From positions 9,176,001-9,240,000 of the forward strand of contig OZ281500.1 of the NCBI GenBank assembly GCA_965637545.1: a DNA stretch of 64,000 nucleotides, in the 5' to 3' direction. Positions 29,301 to 41,377 of this stretch are shown one piece after another (the first letter of the stretch is position 1; every line of letters begins with the position of its first letter). A program made the translations under genes and the position numbers. Origin of the DNA: Phallusia mammillata. Lineage: Eukaryota. Below the pieces are notes generated by a model that was given only the letters and a program-made list of their open reading frames with translations, ran no database searches and was not told the DNA's origin.

Positions 29301-31202
29301 TATGACGGCTAGTGTGGAGTAAACAGTTACTTTGAAATACGAGTTGGTATGACTCGTAGCTGTTTTTTGCGTTTATGTGCGTAAGTAGTTTTAAGTTTCA
29401 CAAAGCAATGACAACAATAATGCTGATTCAAGCCTTTGAATATTGCATTCGTTTCGCCGAGACAGAAATATACATACGCTTTCATTGCGTACTATAGGTT
29501 TAGACCACAGTTTGTTAAGTATCCCTTTTCCGCGAGCAGTATCACTTAATTTGTATGGTCTGTGGAATTCGGATATTCGTACTCTCCAAACAAATTATCA
29601 ATTTGCCGCGGGGCCATGTGCAAAGCCGCATCGTGTCAAGCTTATTAGCACGATTGAAAAGATATCAATCCAAGCCATTGTTTTGCGCCTTCGGGCTTCT
29701 GAGCAATAGAGATAAGCAAACAAAACCTTATCGGTAGTGATTTGCAAGGGCTGCTGGCACTGCCCTCGTTTCATTATCGCTGTTTGTTACCAGTATTTGT
29801 TACAGTTGCCAAGACGCTGGCACTGGATCGTGATAAACTACCATGCATGTACCGGGTTCGCTGACTCCATTTGGCGGAAAATATTCTTTTTTAGCGCAGG
29901 TTTTATACCTAAATGTAAAATGTAAGCACACGTACCTGATAAAGAAGCTGTCCGGTATTACGAGTCACCACCGGCGCCATGGTGTTCATCGGGTTAACGA
30001 TGATGACGAAATGGAAGGGCTCCGACACGAGTCCCTCGGTGTCAATCACTTGCATCTCGATTTCGACCAACCGCTGAACGTCGGAATCAACAGTTGGTGG
30101 TTTGTACGCGATTCTGTACTCGTTTAACTCGCTCTGTCGGAACGAGTTAATTCGCAGGTTGCGGTCATCTGTGCTGACAATTTCTCCCTGTTGAAAACTC
30201 GGAGGTTGCGTGATGTTAAAGATAAGATCGTTCGGATCCGATTCCACGTCAGTGGCACGCAGCATTTCGTTCGTGAAAGCGGTCATCACAAATTGGTTGA
30301 CTTCCATCATGTTTGTAGCAGCGAAATCGACCCGTGGCGGCGTGTTTTCTATTCCGTTCACGATCTTGACTGTAACCTACAAAAATTTAGAAAGGTTTTA
30401 GTGACTCTATAAAAGCGTGTTATTAGTCAACAATTATTGTAGCACTCACTTGAAAATACTCTTGTTTGATAAGATTGCCGTCCGCATCCAAAAGTTCTAC
30501 CACCATGGGGATGTGATCGCGATTAGGTGAGCTCGTGGTCGTGGTGTGCTGGTACCTTACGCCCGCGTTGAGGAAATCCTCGCACGGCATCATGCTCCCT
30601 TGGGATGGATCGTTAATTAGGTTTCCGTACCTGGGAAGACCAGCTGATCCAGAGAGAGTAGCAACTTGACATTGCTGGTTGGCTTGGTCGTATGTGAAGC
30701 CGAGAATATCCTGGTCAATTGCCTCAGATGTACCAAGCAGCTCCCGCACGGTGAGAAACAGAGAAGTAGTGATGACCGTACGCTGGATGAAGAGGACCTC
30801 GACGGTGAGCCGGACAGGAATGATGTAGGTCTCGTCCGGGGTGTCGTAACGGATCTGGAGTCGGAGATGGTCTTCGCTCGGGCTGCGTGCGCCAAGATGT
30901 GAGTACTTGATATCCTCGGGGCCAAAGTCGCAAGGAAAATGGTTGGGTGATATAAAACCCGGACGTTGACTAAGGGCGTCGGGGAGGACTTTTACGAAGC
31001 AGTGGTCGTTCTTTTCGACTTGGATATTAAGGTCAGAAACCGGGTTGATGAAGACCGAGCGGCCATACGGCACACGGACCGTGTTCACCTGTTGCACGAT
31101 GTTCGATGGCGGATCAAGACTGGGCGGGTGCTGGGATAGAGCCACGCCAGTGAGGAGTAACAAAGCGGGGCATAGAAAATGCAACGCCGGAGTAGGCCCC
31201 AT
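11345..31202 (-). CDS. FREM2: FRAS1-related extracellular matrix protein 2-like (FREM2/ECM3 type); N-terminal ~1686 codons, 3' part not found in window
   Basis: 19 GT-AG exons with consistent phases: 30450-31202, 29936-30376, 29077-29270, 28481-28571, 28099-28365, 27818-27991, 27539-27683, 26380-26555, 25992-26202, 25408-25652, 24356-25013, 22593-22759, 21919-22179, 19583-19754, 16077-16244, 15670-15810, 14851-15057, 14145-14642, 11345-11434 (5059 nt). Signal peptide [23 protein letters not shown]; NV-domain motifs [16 protein letters not shown] and [13 protein letters not shown]; CSPG motifs such as [22 protein letters not shown] and [34 protein letters not shown] closely match vertebrate FREM2 as I recall it. 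Confidence 0.93.
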
Positions 31203-34200
31203 ATTGAAGTGACCTCTTTTAGTTTGCGACAATAAAACGTCTCAAACACTGAATTCTGGTTTTTGCTTTCAAAATCAAAAAAACTATTTCTGCAATGGGA
31301 CTCTCGGAACCGTGCCGACTCCCTGTGTGTACAATACAGCGCAATTACAAGTTGGTTTAGCAATAGACCGCCAACAGAGTTAACTGAAGGCGACGTAAAA
31401 TCAACGCAACCACATTACACACACGCACATAGCTCTTGACAGGTTCAAGTCTGTCCAGAAACAACAGAGAATATAGCTTGAGGGCACACAACAACGATAT
31501 GTCCTGGTTCGAATCGGCTCGATTTCAAAATTTAGACAAAACTGTAATTTCAATTGGGAAATGCCGCAGAACAAATATATCCGACCCCTGGGTTACATAC
31601 CATAAAGGTGTGTAAACAGCGATCGGTTGGTACGCGTACACTGCGTTTGTGAATTACGGCGGAACGGCGGCAACAATCACGACATGAGTTGCATTGCTCA
31701 ACTTTGTACCTGCACTTATGATCAACCGCAACTTTGCAATCACTGTCAGGAACAAAAAACTGATTCTCCACTTAATCTGTATTATTCTGAAAGTTGCTGG
31801 TGGTTTAAAAGTACAAAGCACTGTAGATATTATCTATACGGCAACATAAATACTATGCGTATCGATCATATAAAAGTGGTTAAATTTGGTATTAGCTACT
31901 TGTACACTTGTCTCGACTTCCTTACAACCACGCGCGCCGAGCATTCTAAAGTGGGTTAACAAACAAACGCGACAACTATTGTCAACTGGACGTCGCTCAT
32001 GCCCGCTCTTTTATTGCCGGTCTCAAACTAATTAAAGCCAACGCCAGCCAGTGCTAATGCTCGGCGACGGATCTACCCAGGTTGGTCCAATTCGTACCTA
32101 ATCGTAACCTTCGATGTTAAACGCCTGACATTGCCCTACCGAATCCGGTAAACTACGGAAATCTTTACGGCATCGCGAATTCGCGATATTGCTCTGCTCC
32201 GAGCATCAGTTTTTCAGCAGACCAGTCGATGCTCGCTTTGGCCCAGCGCTGACTGGGCTTCTCAAAACCGACTGACGGAGTTCTCTCTTTTATTCAAGCA
32301 CTGCATTTCTTCTCTTTTCTCGTCCCCAGTTGTTCTTCCTGCTGGGTATGCGTTCCGGCGATTCGAGCACCACCGTTCAGGGGAAATTCACACACTTACT
32401 CGACGCCCCTTACATACCACTGACAATTATATGTACTGCTGCTATTCGGTGATGTAAAATCAATGTTCTTCTGTCCACAATCACTGAACGAAAGGAGTTC
32501 TACAAACTGTGAACCACCGTGATCCTCAAAAATATTAAACATTTCATTATCATAAAACATTACGCCAGACAAGAATTCTTACCAAACTGCAACAGAGTTT
32601 TGCGTTGGTTGAATATACTGTTTCAACATTGCAACTCGTCTTCGTACTGTGCGTAAAAATCGGACGTAGGATACACATCGTAACATTCCGATCTGTCGTA
32701 AAAATTCCCCTTGTTTGAATCAATGCGTGGGTCCATAAAAAGTGGGCGCCTCAGTAGCGACACCTATGGCCATTATATCAGAGTTTTAGGGGTCGACATT
32801 TCATTAACAGTCAGAGGAAGATGTAAAGATTTAAACAAGCTGAATATTATCAAGTGCTTTGCCCAGCTTTGTTGTTAAAAACGAGAGAAATAATAAGTCC
32901 ACAATAAGATAGTTAGCTTTTTATCTGAGTTTATTTTCGCCCAGTTGTCATTTTGACAAGGCAAACTATAAGAGACGAGCTGTTTTATCAACATTTCCAA
33001 GCCACTTATCACAATTCAACGGAGCAACTCATCACATTATGCCCGCAGTACTTGTCCAATACAAAGGACCTGTTTTGTGCCTCTGTTGGGAACGATAGTT
33101 TGGGAACCGTTAATCTACTTGCCTATCGCTATGGGGCTGGGCTGGCGGTTTGATAGTCTGTCAGCGCGCGCTGGTTTAACCCCTTTCTCAGGGACCGAAC
33201 GAAATAATGCAACCATTTGTAAACTCATCTCACACCTTTGATAACAAATATGAAGTTAAATTTACTTCGTTGAAATGATTAGAATTAAGCATTTCGCATG
33301 GACTGTATATGCGCCAATACATTTCAAGAATATTGTAACAATAAAAAAACGTATTTTAAACTCCCATTTTTATCTATGCAGATCAAAATTATCCCAATTG
33401 CAGCAAATCTGGGTGATCTGCAGGCTTTAAAACCAATGGTAACAATGACGATAATTTCCGTGTTAGTGCCTTACATAACAAGCGGTCTTGAATCGTTGTT
33501 GTTTACTTCAATCCATGGGATAATTCCATGTGTCGTCACCGTTCGAGATTATTTAAATCACACATCAGACAGCTAACTGTCAGATTTGGATGCAGGGCTC
33601 ATCATTGCAGGAAAAGTTAACGTAAACAGCAAGTCACACGACTGCACCACAGGTGTCTATCTCTTGATCGATACAGCCAGAGGTACGCGGCAAGTCGAGT
33701 GCAGAAATGCCGCCACTTGGAATTTGTTTTTGCGGGCGTGTTTCGTTAGGAAACCGTCGCACTTGTACGGCTCTACCTGCAGACGAAAGTGCAATGCTTT
33801 TACGACGGCATCGGATATGAGTCAGGAATTAGTAGAAACAATTCTCGATGATAGCGTGCTAATCCTGCATTGAAACCGATCAGCTGATCCGATAAAGATT
33901 GCCCGCAGAAGACGCATGTTGGTGTGTAATAAAATTACCCGTGGTTTGGATAAATAGAATTATATGGAAATTTTCATTTTTTGCTACATACTGAGACAGC
34001 AATGTTGTTTTCGGTTTGCGTGTACGGGCGTTGGAAAAGGTCGGCAAAGCAGGTTTCCGCTTTGGCCTGAAATGAATGAGTAGGCGTTTTTTCAACGAAA
34101 AAAATTCTCTGAAAAATCACTGAAGGGGTTCCATTGTCAGAGACCGATAATACAATTTCCCTTCGATAAACATAATCAATTTCTTACTTTCGTCGCTCAA

Positions 34201-35954
34201 GGCAAATTAGCTTACGTGCTTCTGTGGCCAAACAAGTACTGGCACATCGTTTTTATTTATCACAAATATGTAAAATAAGTCAAGAACAAAACGGCAACAT
34301 TTTCGCAACATATTTTTCTCACAGGAAAAAATGCACATACTTAAGTTTGCGAAATAAGGCGTTTATACACGTTTCAAATTTCCCAAATAACGTTTCTCCT
34401 ATTTATTCAATACAAATACGTTTTTTCTCATGATGGAAATTTAAACGAAATAAATCTACTCAACTTGACATTGTCTGTGAGTGCGTAATTACTGGACTGG
34501 TGGGTGGGCAAGCTGCCAAATGCGAGAAAAGTGCTTCAACATTGGGAACTTGCCAATAAGTACCACTCGAGTAATTATTTACATTGTCATTCCCACGGAC
34601 AGGACGATGTAAAGCCTCTAACAACTTCACACATTTGACACAAGCCACCTTACATGGACACGCGTTTCAGGTATTGAGATTTTTTGTGATGACGAGATCT
34701 TAGTTCAAGTGACAATCGGAATGTGAGATGTGTTGATTAGTGTGCACAAAATTGATTAAATTTAAGCACCTCTCGCCGTGCAAGACGTGTGAAAAATGTA
34801 CTTAAGCTGATTGGTTGGTTAATTCTGAATTTCGTAAATTGTGAATTATGTTTTTCCTGCGTTTAAAACCATAATTGCTCTGTTATCATATTAGTGATTG
34901 AGAGTCACAACTGTCTCACAACGATTTTAAACGATGTTTTTGACCTGAACATTTTATTGGTATACGTTATTACACATGTATTGCTACTAAATATTTTATT
35001 TGAATAATTTCATTTTAAAACAGTTATATGAAATATATAAAAAATTTAACAAAATTTCCAAAATTCCAAACAGGTTGCGCCAATTGAGTAATTACAAGGC
35101 TGACCCCTCCCTCCCCTCTATATTATTATCTGAAAAATTGTCTATGCGTCAGTGGGAGGGGACAGTGGACAATCGAAATGTCACGGGTGGTCAGCACAGT
35201 ACAAATACGCCACCGCCTGACGCAGGTGACACATTTGAACGATTCGCTTTCGAAATGATTTCACTGCTGGTGGTTCGAGGGATTGCAGTGTTTGGTTAGT
35301 CGCGGTGCTTCGTGTGGCGAACTCTCACAACTTAACACAACATAATCTCACTAAGGTAAAACGCCAATCAGTCTGTGATTCACAGGTTCAACTGGGACCA
35401 GCCGCGACCGCATTATCCGCAAGCAAATAAGTTAGTCCGAAGTCGGCTACATCTTTGTTGCACAAGATAAGGAACTCTGCTACATCTCGTCTAGTTGTTA
35501 CAGATGGTGTGATTTATGGATCTTTGTCGGGAATGCCTCGACCGACCGACCGCAATATTTCTTGGTGGCGCCACCCCGGCGATTTACAAAGCTCTGTGAA
35601 ACGCTTATGTGGTCAGCAAATAATTCATCACAACCACTGCGAGTATTGGTGCCACAGAAAAATAATGCACTGAGCTTGTAAATAACAGTCTGGAATAGAA
35701 TTTAAAGAAATACGCTTGTTTTTCGATTCTTTTCCTCAAGTGCCACATCATACCGAATAGAAATTGTGCTCTACTGTCATCTAGCGGGAAAATAATATGC
35801 GCGAAAGTTGAGTTTGGAAACTTATTTTTTCTTCGGCAACAAACCGTCTGATACTAATGGTATAAACAGGTCCCGATTTTTACTGTCGTTGTCGAACCAT
35901 GTATGCAACTTTGATCACCTTAATTAGTGTCCTGCTTTGTTTGGTTCAACATAC

Positions 35955-36948
35955 CTGCCATACACAAAATCGAATGGAAATAGTTACTTTTCCAATGTAA
36001 AGCGATAATTCAATACAAATAACCTATTGAAGATCAAGTGGAACACATACATCGAGAAAAACAAAATTGTTGCAACGCTTCAAATGCATTGTTTGCGATC
36101 CTGTGGGTAAAAAATCTCCAAAACGTGGAAAAAGCTGTTTTCGGCAAGCCATTACTGTTGTCGGTGTGACAAGTTCGCCAGATGCCTGTCGGTAGCGGCA
36201 GTGTCAGCGGTTACTGCTGTCGTTGGGTGACAAGTCGTGCTTAGCGATACAGTCAATTATACAATTGCCGATTCATTACACACGCGTCCAACCTGTAATT
36301 ATTGGGACTTTACCTGTCTTGAATGCATGTCACGTGCAAGTATGATTGACAAGACAGACTCCAAACACTTAAAGCTGAATTGACGGTACACCAGTGTTAA
36401 ACTTTGCACGCGCTTTAAAATGAAGGCTCGTATGCCTAAACAAGGCGTGGCCCAAAGTTCCCAATGCTATTTTCGGTCAATTTTAATGGGTAAAAATATG
36501 TCAAACAAACTATTAGTCCTCAACGTTTAAGAGCAAAAAATGGAGCGGTTAAAAAAGTGTGATAAACTTTACCAAAGCCCCAAATCACATGACTGTGAAA
36601 TATTAGTTTGGTGAAAAGACGCTGCAAGTTTAATCGAAAGTTGTACCATTTACGGCATGTAGCTAGGCTTAATTGCAAAACAATAATATTGGCCAAATTT
36701 TTATTGTTAGTTAATTTTTTTCAATTTCTTGCTTTCAAATCTTGACCACAATTCATAACGATAAATAGGCCTACATACATCGACTTGAGAAGTCAACTCC
36801 GAAATCTTATCAATCACCGACGCAATATGCTTGTAATTCGGCATAGAGAAATTTGTCACACAGTTTCCGTGTGCATTATGAGTGACAATTTCCGCAACAT
36901 ATGTCAGATTGCTGAAGTCTGGTAAAACTGTGCACATGTCCCCATCAT
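35955..36948 (-). other. Candidate exons of an unidentified gene divergent from VPS26C
   Basis: 36779-36948 (TTTTTTTTCAG acceptor, GTATGT donor, one open frame) and 35955-36023 (CAG|GTATGT donor) join in phase; product not recognised. Confidence 0.3.
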
Positions 36949-37449
36949 CTGAAAAAAAACTTTGCTTCAAAAGAAAAATACTAGCAATGTTCAAAATACT
37001 AGCATTTGTCGATGAACTTGTAAATCGCATTGTTAGAAGGCCACAACAATAAATCTAATTTTGAAAGTAAACCACTAAAGACTCCTGAACCAAAACATAT
37101 GGACCAAAACATATTTAATAAAACTTTTGTACCGCACCTTTTTACCGACAAGTGGGTTTGAAAATTTCCATGCCTTACATTTCAACGCGTATAAATTTGG
37201 AGGCGGTCAGGTTCACACCCAATGACGAGCGCTTGAACAAAGGGGCTCCGACAAGTTATTATGACAGCTGCTCCTGATGCCTTGACATAATGCGATTTGA
37301 CGTCTTTCGAAGTCTGCTGTTCATCAAATAAGGGCTATGATTACAACGTAGGGTTTACAACTGTTTATTTTGTCCTGTCAGTAGAAACAGACAGTTTCAT
37401 CATCTTTAAGTGTGTCGAATGAACCCAGTGTGTAGGGTCGTTGCAAATA

Positions 37450-37570
37450 GGAAATTTCCGGTTGTTCAAGTTTACCATCTACTATGAAAAATGGCGCAAA
37501 AATTGTTCTCTTGTGGGGGGCGGCCGTTAGTTAGTTGCACATGGCCCGTCGCGATTGTGGACTGACGCCA
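37450..37570. promoter_or_regulatory. Putative housekeeping/bidirectional promoter upstream of VPS26C
   Basis: ETS-like ATTTCCGG (~37454), YY1-like AAAATGGCG (37488-37496) and a GC-rich box GGGGGGCGGCC; CpG-rich and just left of the CpG-poor gene body. Motif-based only. Confidence 0.4.
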
Positions 37571-37599
37571 GTCCTGTTCCCACTATCCTGTGTTCCCGG

Positions 37600-37731
37600 T
37601 TCTGACTCCAGTGCGTAGAGTCGGAGAGTAGAGTAGAGTTCACTCCACTGCGTAGAGTGTAAAGTGTAGACTCCAAAGCACAGAGTGTCTAGAGTAGAGT
37701 CGTGACTCCAGAACGAAGAGTGTCTAGAGTG
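37600..37731. repeat. Degenerate minisatellite (GACTCCA...AGAGT motifs)
   Basis: Recurring GACTCCA/CACTCCA, GCGTAGAGT and GAGTGTCTAGAGT words. Confidence 0.6.
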
Positions 37732-38426
37732 TTTTATTAAACGAAACGCAAAACCTTACATAGCGCAAAACACGTGGTACGAAATTCAGCGGGAAACACC
37801 AAATCCCATTTGCAGGCGCACGGCTGGAAACACAAGCTTCCTGACTCCGTGACAAAGGGAAATTGCGACGGCCTAATCCCCAACGCACAAACACGAAATT
37901 TAGGACATATAAAAATACGCTATACGTTTAAATGACTTGGGTCATTTTAGAAGTTTATGATTTTAAATCTAATGCTTTCGCATGACAACCGCTACACTCT
38001 TAAACTTTAAATTTACCTCGTTTGTGTGTGAACAAAAAAGGACAATTCATTTAAATCTTTACATGAGCAACGTTTCTTATTGCTTTCCTAAGACATTTTT
38101 CCCGAATCGGCAGTCAGTGGCCAAAACAGGTGATCTACTGTTCTTCCTGAACTTTTAGGAAAGGTATCAACTTAGGGAATTCCCCAAACTGTTCCAGCGA
38201 TGTGAATGTGAAAGATGTGCATTTTGACCTGTTTGTTTTGTGATAGATTTTATGTTTGTAGCTGGCAACTAGATTTGTCTAAATGGCCGTGACTTAACTT
38301 ACCAACTTTGGCCCAAAAACATTGGCCTTGCCATGCGAGTAATTTTTTATCACTTGCCAATTTTATGTTGATTTTTCTTTTGTTCTGAAGTGTATCTTGG
38401 TTCAAACTGTATATGTTATTGATTAG

Positions 38427-39717
38427 ATGGCAACCATTGATATTAAATTAGATCGTCATACCAAAATTTACCATGAAACGGTCAGTATTCGTTTTTAAAT
38501 TGTGTTGAAGATGGGCTTCAAGATTAAACGTAGAAAATTAAAAGTATTTATACAATACACAAATAGATTTTAAAACTTTATACATTTGGCAGGAAACAGT
38601 TCGTGGGGTCATTGTTGTCACGAGCAAGAACTCATTGGTGCATCAAGGCATTTCTCTCACCTGTGATGGGGTTGTTGCATTGACACTAAGCGCGAAAAAT
38701 GTGGGACGAATTGAGGCACTGTACAACAGTGTTAAACCAGTTTACATGTTCAGTTATGCTACAGAAGCTGAAAAATCTGGAAAGTTAGTATTCTTGCATT
38801 TCCATTGTTGATGTTTTTTGATATCTTTGACGTTTTCCTTTGTGTAGACTACCTCCAGGAAAGACAGAAATCCCATTTGAGTTTGTTTTAAAGTCAAAAG
38901 GCAGCAACAAACATTTGTTTGAAACTTATCATGGTGTCTACATAACAGTCCAGGTATGCAATTGTTGAAAATCAGAGAAAAAAATGGTCAAACATTCTAA
39001 CAAATATTTTTTTTTTTTAAATTTACAGTATACAATCAAGTGTGTGATGAAACGGCCTCTTCTAAGTAAAGATTTAAATGCTGAAAATGAATTCCTAGTT
39101 GAGTTGAAGAGTGGTGCAAAATCATCTGTGAAGCAAGTTCCTTTTACTATAAACCGTACATCAGTTCAAAATGTCAACACAGTATGTCAAACATTTCTTG
39201 CCAATAGAAATCAACACAAGGTTACATGATTGTGTAATTTATTTTTACAGAAAGCCAATATCCCAAGATTCTCTATCAGAGGAAAACTTGATAGTTCCCA
39301 ATGCTGCATCCTGCGTCCATTTACTGGGGAATTTGTAGTAGAACATTCTGAAACTGCAATCCAATCTGTTGAACTTCAATTACTTCGAGTTGAAACTGTT
39401 GGAAGTGTTGAAGGTTTTGCAAGAGAAGGTATCTACATGCTTTTCTGTTTGTTGTGAAGCTAGTAGGTGCCAATGAAAAGTATCATTAACAATTTGAACT
39501 TTTTTTAGTGTCAACAATTCAAAACATTGAAATTGGTTCTGGAGACATTTGCCGAGGCCTTACTGTTCCTATTTATATGATCTTTCCTAGACTGTTTTCA
39601 TGTCCTACTCTGGATACAACAAACTTTAAAATTGAGTTTGAGGTCAACATAGTTGTTGTATTCGAAGATGACAGTTTGGTCATGGAAAATTTTCCCATCA
39701 CCATTACGAGATTTTAA
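38427..39717 (+). CDS. VPS26C: Vacuolar protein sorting-associated protein 26C (DSCR3, Retriever subunit), 296 aa
   Basis: 6 exons: 38427-38480, 38593-38783, 38848-38953, 39029-39181, 39251-39428, 39509-39717; phases consistent. Motifs GKTEIPFEF, ETYHGVY, SVELQLLRVET and CRGLTVPIYMIFPRLFSCPTLDTTNFKIEFEVNIVV match DSCR3/VPS26C. Confidence 0.95.
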
Positions 39718-41377
39718 ACTACAATACTGTAGAAGAATGATTTGTTGCATCCTAATTAACCTTGCAGTATGCATTGCTGATTTTGAGAGTTAATTGGAAT
39801 ATGACTGAATGGGAAGGCACTTTGATGGAAGGAAATTTCCATCAAAAACCAAGGAAATTTCTATGGTAATGTGATTGCATGATGATTCATTAAAAAAAAA
39901 GTAGGTTGCAGATTTCCTAATCAGTAGAACAAAAATATACCCTACTTGCTATTTACTATAAAATCTTCACCAGTTTTTCATTTAAATGACAAAACATCCC
40001 TAATAATTTTTGCCTTCATTGTTTATTCACTTTTATTCCCTTTTCATTTGTTGTGCAATAAAATTCATTTTCACATTACCAGGAAGGTAAAAAACAGTTC
40101 CTCATCAAAAAAACAAAAGAAAAATATTGTCAATGTTATGTACAATGAAAATGTTAATCAAGCAAATGAAAAATTTTGTATACTGACAGCAAAACATCGG
40201 AACAAATAGTCCAAATCTCTATCAATGCCAGAATTATTTGTTGGCTGCATGTTAACATTTTCAGAGTCACTTTGTATTTAACTAACAAAGTACCTGTGTT
40301 CATCAGGCCATGTTTAAAAGTTTGTTGTGCAAATGTAAAAAAATCCAGTAAATTTTATCATTAGTAAGTGTTATGTATTTTAATATGAAGTACCATAGTT
40401 TAAGCTGAATCATTAAGGTTAATGTGTTCTGAGTATCCAAGTATTCTGCAGGGCATGTTGGTTGTTAAGCACAAAGCAGTACATAAACTAACACACTAAA
40501 TACATCATGTAAAACAATGAAAAGAATATGTTGCACTCTCACAAAAGCATTAGACAAAGCGTACATCCTTAAGCTACACCTATTATTATATTTTAAAGCT
40601 TTCATTTGAGATTTTGTACCTATTTTAGGCAAGTCTTTAAATTGTATCATGCCACAAGAACCTACGTTGTAGTTGCAGAAGGTATTTAAAAAAAATACTG
40701 AAACATGAGTGTATGTTTGGGATGCAGCTTCTTATTTTTCCTTTTACTATTTGCGTCATTCACCTTTGAGGTGCAAAAAGTTCAGAATGCAACAGCTACA
40801 AGGACTAGGAGTATAAATAAGCAAAACAAATGTGTCATGTAAAGCAGGGAATCACAACTAGTCAAAAGTTCTTGTACATTCTAGTCCTGTGTCATGCCAT
40901 GTCGAAGTAATTTCTTGCATTTTTTATTTGATGGGATGAAAAAATGTGGCCCAATATTTGCCATAGCATTTACTCTTATGCCCAATAATAAAACTTGTTT
41001 CACACAAAAAACAAAAATGTTTAAAGCACTGACAGTCCAATTTTACCAAAGTTAAATGTCCTGAAAAACACATATAAATTGTTAGGCAAATAAAATTCTT
41101 CTGCTGCCTTAAAATTCTACCTTGAAAAAAGCATTTAGAAAGCAGGTAGTAGTTTAGTTGTTTAACTGAATCACTGTAGATGTCGAATAAAATCAGCTTT
41201 TGTAAATAACGTTTATATTAACCAATATGTCTAATTGCACCGCACAAATAAATAAACAAATACAAAGAGAGCAATATCCTGGTTCTGCAAGCAAAGACCA
41301 CAAGAATCCTTATGCTTGTTTGATGATCTTACCATTCTCATTTCAAATTGGCTATGTCTTTCACGACAAATTGTTTA

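Noticed and set aside
14086-30933. Many plus-strand or alternate-frame ORFs overlapping FREM2 exons (e.g. 14086-14466, 15997-16428, 24478-24792, 30666-30902)
   Set aside because: Antisense or frame shadows of real coding exons.
31470-31520. tRNA/SINE-like B box GGTTCGAATC (also near 8818)
   Set aside because: A-B box spacing is wrong and no cloverleaf forms.
32330-32345. 16-nt plus-strand microexon or spliced-leader-like unit (CCCCAG|...|GTATGC)
   Set aside because: No partner exons, and the sequence does not match tunicate SL sequences I recall.
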